Below, piece after piece: positions 26,081-40,100 of a stretch of 64,000 nt of DNA (its first letter is position 1; the number at the start of each line of letters is the position of its first letter). The stretch is from Podarcis cretensis (Eukaryota), in NCBI GenBank assembly GCA_951804945.1, contig OX638161.1, positions 29,698,001-29,762,000 on the forward strand. The letters run 5' to 3'. The notes beneath the pieces are model-generated. The model saw only the letters and a list, made by a program, of their open reading frames with translations. It searched no databases and was not told the DNA's origin. Made by a program: the position numbers and the translations under genes.

Positions 26081-28384
26081 CATCTAGCACACCCTGGTCC
26101 CATTCCACATAAAAACTCAAATCGTGAAAGAAAACGTTTCTGTATTAACTCTGAAGTTACGTTTCCTACATTTCTGAAATTACGCCATGAGGTTATACTT
26201 TTCTGACAATAGGAAGAAATAAGGTATATTAATTTAACTTACAGTAATTAATTCTAAATGTGTATATATACATATATATAAGCATATTCAAATTCTCCTT
26301 TTGATGGTAGGCCACCCTGTTCACGGGAGTTGGTTGCTGCAACTCCGGGCATTTTTAGATGATGGCTGTTGTCTGGGGGGGCTTGCATTTCAGTCTGGTT
26401 TTTGGCCTCAGTTTGGTACTGAAACATCTTTTGTTGCCCTGATAGAGACAGAGATAGAGAGACAAGGGGAGTTCAGCTCTGTTAACTCTCCTAAAACTTT
26501 TGACAGCCTTTGATATTATCAATCCTACTATCCTAGTGGTTCCCAATTGGGGATCCGTGGACCTCAAGGGGTGCACATAACACCACACACACACACACCG
26601 GTTTGTGGCACCATTTGCATAACAAAAACCACCATAGATATATCAAAATTTTCAAAAGTAGGGGGTTCATGGCTTGGCTTTTGAAAAACGGGGTCTGCAG
26701 TACTTAGCTAATTTGGAACCACCGTCCTGGAATGAATATTAGGGCATAGTGGCAGGGGGCATGCACACTAGACCATGTTGCAACAGTTCCCTTTCTAGGT
26801 TGATGGCCACTTCTATTGTTGATGGCAACAATCCTCCAGGAGTTATGCTATGGCGTTCCACATGGCTCCATTTTGCGCCTCTCACTGCTTAACATCTGCA
26901 TTAAGCCACTGAGCGAAGTCATATTGGTATCCAGAGCAAGGTATCCTCCATCTGCTACAGAAGCAATATATCTCCTTTTCATTGTATTCAATAAAATACT
27001 TTGCCCAAGGAAGGGCACATGCGTCTCACCGCTGCGTGCCTTCTGGTGAGCTTTTCCAGCACGGTATTATGTGGCACTGTCTTTTGAAATGTAGCCTTAT
27101 GAGGCTTTGCCCTCAGGTGGGAAAAATATTGCGCCCAGGAAAGGGAAGTGGGAGTCAACAGACACTCAAGGAATAGTTTCAGAGAAAAAGCTTTATTTCT
27201 ACCATCCATGAACTGGTAGAAGGAGCAAGTGTGATAACACAAAAAAAACATGCACGAGTTCACAGTCATGTGCACAGAGTATATATCCCCTTCCAGTTCC
27301 CTCCCCCTTTCTCCTCCTTCCAGAGTCCTGTCCATGAGTTCCTCTAGGAACAGAAAGCTGTCTTGGGACTATTGGACTCTTGGCACCCTTCCCAGGAAAG
27401 GGGAATGAAAGCGGTTCAGCATGTCCAAAGATGTTGCAACCGAATGAGATAAGATTCGTTTCTCAGGCCTGCTTTGAACAGAGCCTATTCATTAGCTTTT
27501 TGAAGCCTTCTTGTACTGATAAAAAGTAACGGTTTGCCCTTGCCACAGCATCTTGTGAGAAAAGCAGAGAAGAGCAGAGAAAAGCTGTTTTGGATTTTTA
27601 GAAGACAAAAGGAATTTTGGATAGTTTTGAGGCCTGGGGTGATTTCACAGACAGGATTTGGGTATCCTGTCCCTTCAGAAATGGGCTCTTCTCTTATTTT
27701 TATATTGTTTTTGATTGTATTGTCATTCAGTATTTTTTATTGTTTAAAAGTCTGCTGTGAAAGCTGCCTTTAATATATTTTAATACAAAATAGTTGATTA
27801 AAAAAGGCAGGTTATATAAATAGATAGGCGGGTTAATAACAATAATGATGTCTACGACATGGTGTTGTGGGCAGGAGCTGGAACATTGCAGCAAGAGATT
27901 TTGTTACACTGCTAGATACAAAGGGGCATCTTTGACTAACATTTTGATAAGAGAAAACAGATAAAAGCAGACACAAGCTAAATAAAGGAAATAATCAGTT
28001 TAATACTAATCAGTATTAGTGCAGTCAAAGATTATATGGTGAAGGGGCCTAACAGTACATTGTGGGGCAATTTCAGCCATTTTCAGACCTAAACGTAAAT
28101 ATAAATGTGTTAAAATATAATTAAAATAATTTAGTTTTAAAGTGTCAGGTGCCCGTGGTCATTCAGGCCCCAGGTTCTAGGGTAATCCTTGACTACTTCA
28201 AGATGAGAGAGCAGATGGCTGCTGAATATACCATTCCAAGACAATTTTACATTTCACCACAACCTTATTAATCATGCTTAATGAGCAGCCTCTTAAATTT
28301 GGAGAAATGGCCACTTGGAAAAATAAGTATGTCATTCTAAATTTTTGACTTCTATCTTCTTGAGGCCAGTGTGTACATTCCTCA

Positions 28385-29373
28385 TCACTGGAGATAGCCC
28401 TCCAGTGGGAGATGCAGGTAGTCTTGCAGAGAAGATGGCAGTTTCAACTGAGCAATGCCCTGATGGCATTGCGGCCCCAGCTGCTTCCGCACAGCACAAC
28501 GGGCCAGATGTTGCAGAGGGCGGGGCTGATTCACCAGGTGGATGGCTGAATCGTAGAACACCTGGTGCTCCTGTCAAAATGCAAAGAAAAGTAAAATGAG
28601 GCATTGAACGCACACACACACCACACCACCAGGCTGGTCCATGGAGGCGAATTGGGTACTGCCCCACCAACTGCAGTCTGCCCTCAGGCACTTCCCACCA
28701 GCCTGCCTTCTTGCTTACAACCAGCCTAGCGAAGTGACCCTAGAAGTCAACTCCCTCCTCCTTAGTTTTGGTGTTGTCACTATAGAAGTCAGCAGCGAGG
28801 AAGATAGGTGCAAACCTAGAATTAGTTGGCTCTGCCTGTTATTCGCCCTGGGTCCGCTCTGTGTTTGCCTCTCTGCCTTCTGAGTCTTAAGACACATCAG
28901 CCTCCACTGACCACCACAAACATAATCCTCTCATTCTTCTCCCTGAGCCTTGGCTGAGGCCAATAGGAACTACAATATCTGGAGGGCCACAGGTTCCCTG
29001 TCCCTGTAGTAGCAGAAGCAACCAGGGAGGCATGCCATACAAAATCATATTATCCTATAGGGCATACGAGGTGAGTTCCTGTTGCTCTGTCCCAGCTCCT
29101 GCCTACCTAGCAGTTCAAAAGCACACCAGTGCAAGTAGATAAATAGATTTTGCAGAACAAAACAGCAAGCCTTGTGATTGCATAAGTGTGTGTATATGTG
29201 TTTGTTTTTGTGTTGCATTACATTGGACTGGAGGAATTTACCTGCCACACTTCAAGAGGCACAGAATCCACCCAAGAATCACAGGGTGGGATCCGGTCAT
29301 AGGAATTTAGAACAACTTCCATAGCCTGAGGTGACAAGGCACAAAATTTTAGCATCTGAAGGCAAAATTACCA

Positions 29374-29413
<40 letters not shown>

Positions 29414-32400
29414 ACATGTGTGAGCATACTGGAAAGAAAAGAAGAGGTAGATTCCGTTATTTATTTAGAAATATATATATAAACTGCTTAATGGAAAAAC
29501 TTGCTTTAAGCAAGGTACATAAAATAATATAATTATCAATCCCGCACAGATAAAATCAGAGCAATCTCCTATGCTACATCCCTTGGAAGTCTTCAGCCAG
29601 AACTCCTGTATTATCACAGTGCCTAGAAATAAATTTAATTCAGTATTAAGAAAGAAAAAGAAAAGAAAACAGAAAGATTCCAGTTAGGACTTCTGAGTAT
29701 TTCCAGGGAATTTTCCTTGACAAAGGAAGGCAAAAGACAGACACATTCTAGCTCTTATAAACTTGAAAGGATGAAATCCAAAAGACCAAGAGGGTGCATA
29801 TATCAGAGACCAAGATTTCAAGGGCTCAGGAAAATAATTAAGCACAGTATATGTAATCCTGGGTATCTTGTAGTACACATTTTAAAAAGAAATGTTTAGA
29901 ATACATATGACTGTGGGAAACTGTTTAGGAACATGCTGGCAAAACCTGGTGGAAATCTCAGGAAAAAAGACAAGTGGGGGTTGCAGAGCATGACTTCCAA
30001 TAACCAGGAAGTGGGACATCAGACTCCTGCACAACCCCTGGTTCCACTCCTACTCCCAGGGACCCCTTCTTCCATCTTTAGGCCCCACTAAGCCTTGATT
30101 CTCTCATATCATTCCTTTCCTTCTGTTTACAGACATAACTTACGGAACTGTAGTCCAGAACATCTGGAGGGCACCAGGTTGGCCAAGGCTGCCACAGACA
30201 AATGTTCTCCTCCCCACTGCCTTAGGACCAACCCAAACCATGTTGCTGCCTAACCAAGGACTAAATGACTCCTACCCACTTTGTTTTCCACATACTGAAT
30301 GGTAGGTTAAATTTACTACTGCGCTGACAATAGGAGAGAGTGTCCTCCATCATACAAGAGGACAACAAGGTAGCTTGAGGGGTGCAGGGCAGACCACACC
30401 CTACAAACAACTCTGCCCTCCAGCACCTCTTTGCTACCCCAAAGCTGCCTAATGGTGTGGCCAGCCCTGCTTTCTCCTCCTATTGGGTTGAGTGTACAAA
30501 AAGGTTCCCCAATACCAAGGTCAGCCAGCAGCTTATAGAGGTGGTGCCCCTTACCTTGGGATTGATAGAAGCAGCACCATGGTCAAGCAAGGTGGCTATA
30601 AGCCTCTCAGGTTGCCCCTCCAGGTAATCTTCCACTGCTTGCAGGGCACAATCCACAGGTGTGTAGCCGGCGCAGTTTCTAACATTGACCTGTGCCCCGT
30701 GCTGCAGCAGAAGCTCCACAATGCGGATGTGGCAGTTGCTGCAGGCGTTGTGCAGGGGCGTATGGTTCTTCCGGCCAGCTATCCGGACGTCGGCCCCACC
30801 TTCCAGCAGCCGCTTCACCACCCGGTAGTAGCGGCCAGCCTCCTCAGGCCTGTCTGCACTGGCGCAGGCTGCGTTGAGGGCTGTCTCTCCCTCTCGGTTC
30901 CTGTGGGCAACCTTTGCTCCATAGCAGAGGTAGAGCTTCGCGTGGTCGTCCAGGCCGTGTTTTGCAGCCACGTGCAATGGGGAAGCACGGTGGTCTCTTG
31001 TATTCTGGTTCACCAGAGCTCCGTACTCCAGGAGCAGCTGGGCACATCTGGAAAGCACAAGGAGTAGCTGTGGGGAATTTGGCAACCATCACACGATCCA
31101 ACCCATGGGTGGGTGCAGGAATTTTGCACAATATTTATCTGGGGAAGCAGCAGTGAACACAGTCTTCTGCTACTCTGTTGTTTTTTTGTTTTAAAAGAAT
31201 CAGGACCCATATAGGACATGACCCTGCAGCTGGAAGTGAAGGGGCTAGAGAGACCCTTTTGGCCTAAGTGTGTCCATAACAATGCCTTCTCCCCCCCCCC
31301 CCCGCCCAGTTAGATATGCTTGCAAACAATATGGCCTACTTAGCATGACCCATTTAGCTGTCCACAAGGTGCTTTTAGAAGCAAAAGTCAAGTTGTCCAC
31401 TTGCAACAGACCTTGTGGTTGGAAATTTCCTGGTAGTGTCAATAATGATTGGGAGAGTGACAAGACTCTGGGAATCGAACTCCAAGACCAACAGGAAGAC
31501 TGAATGCAAGGTATTCTGTTGAAGCACATGATCACGCGTCCTTCACGTGTAACCATGTACCGGGACTGTATAAATATGTGTTGTGCACTCTTCAGAGTTG
31601 TGGAGAGTTGGGTATTAACCTAATCTGTGCCTTCTGCCACGGCTTTCCACCCTGGTGTGTTCATTGGCTACATTCACCCTGGCTCAACTGGACACTTTTC
31701 ATTCACAGAAGAATCCAGCTTTCTCAGGAAGCGCAGCTGGAGAAGGGTGCCAGTGATTGGGGTTCCACTGCCCTGCAAAGATGCTCTCCACCCCCATGAC
31801 TAGCAGGACCAGAAAACAGTAGGGAACAGAGTAAACAAAAGCAATTATGCGAAACAAGATTAAACTCGGTGGTTCTTGCTTCAGAATCTGAATTGCCCAC
31901 GGATTGTAATATTTAACAACATGCTTTGCATAACGTATTGAGGTAGTACAATCTACATTTAATTTAGCATGGGAGAAAGGCACTTTTGCAATTGAATTAA
32001 GGAGCCCCCTGCCAAGTCCACCAGGAAGGCTAATTGTTAGTTTAATAGAGGCTAATCGTTAGTCCTATTTGGCTAATTACTTTGCCCAGACATACGGCAA
32101 AGACTCCTGAGTGGTGCAGAGATGCAGAGGGGCCAGTCCATCCTCCGAAAGAAGGTTGGGGTTTGCGCTGTAGCTCAGGAGCAGGCGGGTGCACTCTGCG
32201 CGGTGGTTGGCACAGCTTTCGTGAATGGCGGCTTTCCCACCAACGACAGCATCAACCTCGGCCCCTTGTAGAAGCAGGTGCTTCACACAGTCCTGGTAGC
32301 CTCTGGCCGCTGTTATGCACAATGGAGAAGTGTGCTTCTTCTGGGGGGTCAGCACCCACAGCCCTGCAGAAGAAGATTATTGGGCAGGAGGATCAAAAAC

Positions 32401-33734
32401 TGAGAAGCGGCAGGTTAATACTGCCATTTAAATGGATTTGCAATAGGTTCAGGGCAAACAAACAGAAAATCCTTCCCACAGCGCATAATTAGGCTGCCAC
32501 AAAATCTGACGATAGAACTATCAGCCATGATAGCCAATGAGCAAAACAAATACCTTAATAAATATTTAGAAGCACAGAATTCCGCAATTCTCTGGTGATG
32601 GGAGCAAACAGCACAGTACGACTTTCTCCATCGTTCTCCGCTGGGGAGCTTTCCCAAAGCAATAGCCTCATGGTAGACCAGCTCTTGAATTTAAGCACTA
32701 GCCTGGGTAACCGTTAGTGATCAGAAATTCCATGCAAGCGAGTGAGCATGAAATAATACTGCTGTTTGCCCTGAAACTACTTAAATCTGGGCAATGTGTT
32801 GCAGGTTGTGGATTAACGTGGGCCTCTGAGGAAGTCTGAGGAAGTTCAAGGCTATTGCTCTTAAAAGTGTTGCAACTTGTTGACGGCAGAGAGAAAATAG
32901 CAAACATTTTCTGCCAAAGTTGCTACTGGTTCCATGTCAAAATACCTATGTTGCAATAAAAGCAATGTGACAGAAGGCTCTGCTTACAAAGAATACCACT
33001 TTTCATAAGGGGATTCCAAACTAACCACTTTTACTGAAGTAGCCACATTTTTGTGATTACAATTAAATTTCTGGCTATTCACTTTTCCTTTTTTTTTTAA
33101 TTACTGGGCATTTAAAGGGCAGTGAAACTGTTTTCAGGACAGTGAGTGCATGCAGATTATTCTTTTCATATGCCTCTATCATGTTCTTTTTCTAAATTCT
33201 CTCCCCACACCCTTCTAAGCTAAAAAGAAATCCTAAAAACAGACCCTGCAATGCTGAATTTTTCCCCAGTGGGACCAAAATTCCTGTGCTCCAACTTGTC
33301 GTCCTGCCATAACCCAAGCCTCGAAAAGTCTCCCACCCCCACAGAACTGAGTCAAAATCTAAAAGGCCAGTGACCAATCCAAGTGATCTTCTTTCCACTA
33401 TGGACAACCCCTTCTTACCCATTTCGGCAGACCACACCAGCTCCTCACTGAGGGTCTCCACAATCAAGTTGGCAGTAGATTCATCCTTAAAAATGCTCCG
33501 GACTCTTGGCAGGTCTCCTGTGTACAGGGCATTGTGAACAGCAGGATCCCGGCAATACTGTGGGCGTCGGGCAAGTTTGGGGAGTGTAGAGATGCTCCCC
33601 AAACTAGGCTGGTACCTCCGACTCACAGACTGGCGAGACGCAGCCCTCCGCCGGTCTTCCCATTCTAGCATTTCTCGCTGCAGACGCAGGGAGCGAAGAG
33701 TGGAAGAAGTGAACGTGAAAGTTTCCTTCGACAT
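28385..33734 (-). CDS. ASB16: Ankyrin repeat and SOCS box protein 16; 5 exons, 458 aa
   Basis: complement(join(28385..28570,29242..29355,30555..31047,32096..32363,33419..33734)) = 1377 nt, GT-AG, in frame. N-terminus MSKETFTFTSSTLRSLRLQREMLEWEDRRRAA. Ankyrin repeats (SPLHVAAKHG, TPLHNACSNC). C-terminal SOCS box PRPLQHLARCAVRKQLG...LKLPSSLQDYL. Confidence 0.96.
29376..29410. repeat. (AG)n microsatellite
   Basis: Direct reading. It reads as (CT)n in the pre-mRNA just upstream of the ASB16 exon 4 acceptor. Confidence 0.9.
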
Positions 33735-33814
33735 TCTTGCACGCGAGAGAAGGCAGCCAAAGTTTCTCCACGCAGGCCTAATTCATCCACCCCCAACCTG
33801 AAAGCTGCTTAGGA

Positions 33815-33930
33815 AAGGAGCACCTGCTCCCAGCTGCAATTTTAAAAGGTATGGTTACGACGCGGTGTCAAAAGTGGGCACATCTGTTTATTGGACGAAC
33901 ACTCAAGCTTTGCTGTGTCTATAAATAGAA
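33815..33930 (-). promoter_or_regulatory. Putative muscle-type proximal promoter of ASB16 (MEF2 site plus E-boxes)
   Basis: CTATAAATAG (MEF2 consensus CTAW4TAG) at 33919-33928. E-boxes CACCTG at 33821, CAGCTG at 33831 and CATCTG at 33881. All lie within 200 bp of the ATG, and there is no CpG island. Confidence 0.55.
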
Positions 33931-34220
33931 AGGAATAGTCATCATGACAGCAAAAATACTCTCAGTCTCTCTGCAGTGTCAATTTTCCTTTCTGGATCTC
34001 CGTGCAATTAACTTGTTGGTGGATCTGTAGAAGAAAGCTGAGAAGAGTACAGTGATAAAGGAACAAAATGAGGATAGCAATCACCAAGTTTTAAGTATTT
34101 AAGCCTTCCTCCCTAGCCCCCCAATTTATCTTGTAAGCAAAGTCTGCTGTCTGAAAAATAAATATTAATATGGGAGGGGGGAATTCAGAGCACATACTGG
34201 AAAGGGGGATTCTACCATCT

Positions 34221-34567
34221 GTGGTTGAAACCACTGAGCCTGGGGCTTGCCGATCAGAAGGTTGGCGGTTCGAATCCCCGCAATGGGGTGAGCTCCCGTT
34301 CCTTGGTCCCTGCTCCTGCCAACCTAGCAGTTCGAAAGCACGTCAAAAGTGCAAGTAGATAAATAGGTATCACTCCGGCGGGAAGGTAAATGGCATTTCC
34401 GTGCGCTGCTCTGGTTTCGCCAGAAGCAGCTTAGTCATGCTGGCCACATGACCCAGAAAAACTGTCTGCGGACAAATGCCGGCTCCCTCGGCCAGTAAAG
34501 CGAGATGATGGCCGCAACCCTAGAGTCATTCGCGACTGGACTTAACTGTCAGGGGTCCTTTACCTTT
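34221..34567 (+). mobile_element. Sauria SINE
   Basis: Homologous to 12346-12685, with an ACCTTT tail. Confidence 0.85.
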
Positions 34568-37147
34568 TTACAGCTGTTTAAAGTGGTATGATACTGCTTT
34601 AAATGTGTAATGTAGATGCTGCCAAAGACATGACAAGTCAGCTATCCAAGGATTTGTTTTACAAATTGCCACCTGCCTTCTGCTTATATCATGGGAAAGT
34701 AATGTTGCCACTTCACTGAATTTCATTGCCCATCCATTACGGCTCTCATTCCTTGTTTCCGTTAGCTGTGCAATCCAGCTTTTATTGTTTAAAACTCCCA
34801 CCTCTAACCATTGGTTATGCTAGCTGATGCTGGTTAGAATCTGGAGGGCCACAAGCTCCCTATCCTGATTTTAAGTGTCTGTCTGCTTGCCAATTCAGAG
34901 GCAGTCTTTGATAATTTGGTGCCCCCAAACAGATCTTCTGAATTATGGATCTTCTCAATTTTGCGCCCCCTTCGGCTCAGCACCGTGTGTGGGAATTGCC
35001 CTCACCGCCCTAAATCCAGCACTGGCTTATTTGGAATCTCTACCACCAACCTATGAAGATTCTGATGTGTATAATGGGGACAGCTGAGCATATGGCATTT
35101 GAATGCTAAAACTCGCCCCATAACACTGGTCTAATGATTTGCAAACCTTATCCCAGTTTGAGTTGGCTGGGTACCAACATGAGCACAAAGAGGACAATGT
35201 CCTGTCCCCAGGAGACTTGCCAAGAGTCAGAGATGGTTGCCGCCTGCTTTCTTTCTGGCATTTGGCTAAAGATGTTCCTGTTTACCAAAGCCTTCGATGT
35301 AGCAGTTAGAAACCACTTTGCTGTACTGTATTCTTTTTACGTTTATTATTTATGGCACCATTTTAATCTTTTTTACACCACTTTTGATATTCACAATCAT
35401 TAGCAGTATCTTAAGTCTTTTAAATAAAAATAAATAGGGTGGCATTCAGTCAGCTTTTCTTGAAGCTTGTGCGCAAACAGTAGTGTACATTTTTTCTTCT
35501 TCCATTGTATCATTTCCCGATCTGTACGTGTTATTTTATGCACAGAGGTTTCTCCCTTTTTATTTGTGATTAACTGAAATATCTGTTTGAAAAAAAGGCT
35601 CCAGGAGCTGTATTTTTCCCCTCTAACCAATCCGACAGTGAGTTGTTCTCTGCATGCCACCGTATTATAGTTCTATAAGCATAGTTAAACACTTAATCTT
35701 GCAGGGGATGACAGCAGCAATGACACACATTTCTTCTTATTATACACTTATGAGACCATCTCCGAAAAGTGCATGTGGACAACCAGTTCCAGCACACCAG
35801 TTTTTGTCATTTGAATAAATTTATGAAATTTGATCACATACATTGACACAACTGGTCAAACTACCACAGCATTGACTGCAGCACTTTATGGGAAGAAAAA
35901 GGCATTCTATTTTTGCTGTTTCTGGTTCTTTATTGCCAGCATTCTGTTTTGCTCTAAATTTCCCAAGGAGACAAACAAGAAAAGCTGGGTTTATCCAGCT
36001 TCAATATCTCAGACCCACATTATCCATGTAGTATATGGAGGTGATTGTATGTATCCAGGAAGCTCTATATGAACAGGGGATGCTCCTCACTTCAATATGT
36101 AGAGAAGTGCAATCAGGCAATGGGTATACGGCGCCAACTCTGAAAATTGAGAGGTAGCGGGGATGGGAGGCTTGTGGTCCTCCAGTCCAAGAGCTTCCAT
36201 CCATTAGCCAATCAATGACCATTTGCCAAGAGGGCTGGGGCTGATGGGAAGTGGAGCCCAACAACTGGAGGATCACAGACTCCCCATCCCTGATTGTGTG
36301 AAGTAACCAGCACATGCATATAAGTGCCTCAGTACTAGGAATGGCTGCTACGACATCCAGAGTTCAAATTGGCATGAGCTACCTGGCAGAGGTTACTTGC
36401 CTTTCTGGAGCCAGATCTCTAAGTTCATATGTATAAAACATATTATGCACACATTCCCTTTAAAACCCACAATCAAAATGTCAACTGCAAAGGAATAAAA
36501 GTTAAGAATTAAATAAAAAGATACAACACGCTCAAGACCTTCCTTTCACAAACATCTTTTTCGCAAGGTTCTATCGGCAAAAGTCAACTTCACACATTTT
36601 GCTAACTGCTTCCATCCGCATAAGATTATTTACAAGGTTATTTACAAGATTATTCGCATGTTGCCCTTGACGTGGTTTGTGACAGAGTACCAAAGCAGGC
36701 ATCAGGAGAGATAGTGTTTCAAATCGGAAGGGATCGACAGCTGCTTAACGTGCTAAACGACCGTTCTGGCTGGTTTAAACAACCAGGCAAAGCGCCGCGC
36801 AGGCAGAAGTAGGTCTGGAATAAGGTGTGATGCTGGGCGTGTACTGCCAGATATCTTGTTGCTTGGAAGGCTGTGCCTTTGAACAAGTGGCAGGCTGCAG
36901 TAAAATTAGAAGCAGTAGGAGCTTAATGTCCAATGCTGTTCCTGCTGGGGCTCCAGTTTCTGTCCAATTACAGAAGGAGTGTCTTTCCTCCAATTGCAAC
37001 CAATGTTGATAAAGATGTTGAAGGCAAAAATCTCAAAGATATGTGCAAGGGAGTCAGCCTCACTGGGCAAAAAAGTCTGTGCAGGGCTCAGGACAATAGC
37101 CATGGTTCTATGACAGCAGGTCCTCTTATTTGAGCATCAGTGAGCTA

Positions 37148-40100
37148 TCATAGATTGCTTTGGGCATCAAAGTTGGAGAAAAAGTCATCAGGTAGTTCTC
37201 CGAGAAGCTGGTCCAGGTCATCTGCATAAGAAGCATGGAAAGTTATTCAGGCTGCAAAACAGGAACTAAATCACCCCAATCATGCATGGTTCCTATTTGC
37301 ACATGAGATTCTCCAAAGATCAGGGGCTGCCCCATTCTCTTCAGCCCATGGGAAAGCTGTGCCCTTGGGAATAAAGGGAGAGGAAAGAAAATACTGCAGA
37401 CTCATTTAGACTCAGTGAGCAAGGCTCTGGTCAGGGCTTAGTCCAATCTATGCTTCAGACACAGAGTGCAAATACAACATTTCACAACCAGTGAGGAATT
37501 CATATTCTGATAATCTCTGCACCATCCCCACTTTTTTTGGGTAGGGTGGGGATCAATTATTGTCATTATATATATAAAGCAAACAGTGCCAGGGTGGGTA
37601 GAATTATCACTGGTTCAGATGACATGGCCCCATCTATGCAGTGTCTCTGCCAACCTGCATTCTAAGCAAATATAGCCCAGTAGCACCGTTGTTTTAGCCG
37701 AGGCCCAACATGCTTATGTTCCTACTCAGCTGTGAATATCCTAGGAAGCGCCTCTTTCCATGGCCAAACATTTTCTACTTTACATCTGTGATTCATATAT
37801 TTGACCTGCTTCTATGTTTCAGGTTTCCCAAAGTATTTGGAATTTTCTGGGAAGGAACCGGGGTGAGTGGGCAGGAATGCAGGTAGACAGCAGTAGTCAT
37901 GAGGAAGGGCAAAGGAGCAGCACAGAGGCATGCAGCTTCACCCCTTGGCAGCACAAACAGCCCTGGTCGATCTCTCTCTGCTTTTGAAGCTGTTGCCAGA
38001 TGCTGTTTATCAAAGCTCTCCCCAGACAAGGAGGGCTAGCATGCCCGTTTTTCAAAAGATAATTTCAGTCCCCGGCATGCCAAATACCTTATTCTATCCT
38101 TGAACAACATATCCACTTTTGCAGCACACTCTGAAATCAGCGGGTGGGATGCAGTGGCCCATGTATGGCCACTGAATGGTCACACACAGGGCTCTGCATG
38201 CCATCTGCTGATCTGAGAGTCATTAAGTGCTTGGGGAGTGGCAGGGAGGTTGGCAACGTGTAGTCCTGTAAGCTGCATTTGGCTCAGTAGGACTTTTCTG
38301 TAGTCCATTTTGCTGGTTATTTTTCCTGATCATTGGCCACGCTGGCTGGAACTGAAGAGAACCCAACAACAAATGGAGAGCCACAGGTTCCCCATCCCTG
38401 ATGCAGTCCACACTTCCTATTTCCCTTGTTCTGGAGGTGGCATTGGGAAAAGAGACAAAAAGGCATTATTAGTCCATTGCTACTTAAGAGTTCTATTTAC
38501 CCAAATCAGTTGTTTCAGCCTTTGGGGATGGAAAGTGCAAAACTGATTTGCCTGCTTCAGAGACCCCTGGAATTGATGTCAATGATGACCCTTTATCCAA
38601 TGCCGATACGTGCTGGCAGCGGTCCTCATCCATCTCATGACCTCCTTTGTTCCTGTTGTCTGTTGTAGTCATGGCAATGGGGGCCTTGGTGGGAGGATCC
38701 TGCTGGGATTCTGGCGCAGCCTACACTTGCAAGGTTCCAAGAGGCCGCAGAGAATGTTTGAGTTTAGCATCCTTCATACTTTTATCACCAAGCCACGGTC
38801 CCATATCATAACTGGCTCCCGATATCAATTACAGGAAAGGATAAATGGAGCTGCCTTGTTATCAGGACACCAACAAATCTAGTACAGCCCTGTAAGAGTT
38901 GGGAGTCCAACATCATCTCAAGGACCACCCTAACCCTGGTCTGCACTGCTCAGTTAAAACAGGTGTAGGGAACCTTTGGACTTTGGGATGTTGCTGAACT
39001 GCAATTCTCAACAGCCAATGGACAGGAATGATGGGAGTTGCAGATCACAACGTCTGGAGGGCCAAAGGTTGCCCACACCTGAGTTAAAGCTCTCCGAGGT
39101 CTGAAGCAAGTGAGATCTAGCATGGCGTTTGGTACTTGAGATGCTAGTATAGGAAGAGGCTCAGCCAGAGATATTCTCAGTAAAAGATCATGTGCTCTAC
39201 TAGTGAAGTAGTATGACTTCTCCATGTGATCGCACACGGCCTAATCTTCAGAAGGGAGATGTGATTTGGGAAGAGAATGAGAAGAAGAGTTTGGATTTGA
39301 TATCCCACCTTTCACTCCCCTTCAGGAGTCTCAAAGCGGCTAACATTCTCCTTTCCCTTCCTCCCCCACAACAAACACTCTGTGAGGTGAGTGGGGCTGA
39401 GAGATTTCAAAGAAGTGTGACTAGCCCAAGGTCACCCAGCAGCTGCATGTGGAGGAGCGGAGATGCGAACCCGGTTCCCCAGATTACAAGACTACCGCTC
39501 TTAACCACTACACCACACTGGCGTAGAAGTATGCACTGCAGGGGTGCGACTAGCTAACCCTTGGGGTCTCTTCCAGCTCTATGATTCTATGAACAGTGAT
39601 TACAACTGGAACAGATCAATCATCTACTGATGGGTGTAGTGGAATCCCTTGTCTATCTCACTCAAGCCAATTACCTTGAGTGGTGTAACTCAGTGGCAGT
39701 GCATATACTTTAAATGTAAAAAAAGGGCTTCAGGTCCAATCCCCGGGATCTTCAGGCAGGGCAAGATTTGTTTCTGCAACCCTGGGGAGCCAGTTCCTGT
39801 CACTGTAGAGTAGTTAAGTCTGATCTACATTACTAGTGGTCTGACCTGATAGAAGACTGGTTTCTCAGTGTCCTCCAATTTCCTCTCATGGAGCAGGCCC
39901 TTAGCTGCATAGGAATTAACCAAGGCAGCAATGGCTGCTTCCTCATTCTCCATATCCATCCTGACTTTGCACAGACCTGAGCACGGCGTGTTTGAGAAGA
40001 GGGAGCTCTTTTGTTGCTTTTTTTTTTTTCCTTTCACCTTGAACGTTTTGTTAACATTCAAGCATTTCCTCATGCATTTTACCTTAGCGGCTGCTATTCC

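Noticed and set aside
30492-31067. 191-aa plus-strand ORF
   Set aside because: Antisense shadow of ASB16 exon 3.
31420-31800. LTR-like composition with TATAAA in ASB16 intron 2
   Set aside because: I could not define TG...CA termini or a TSD.
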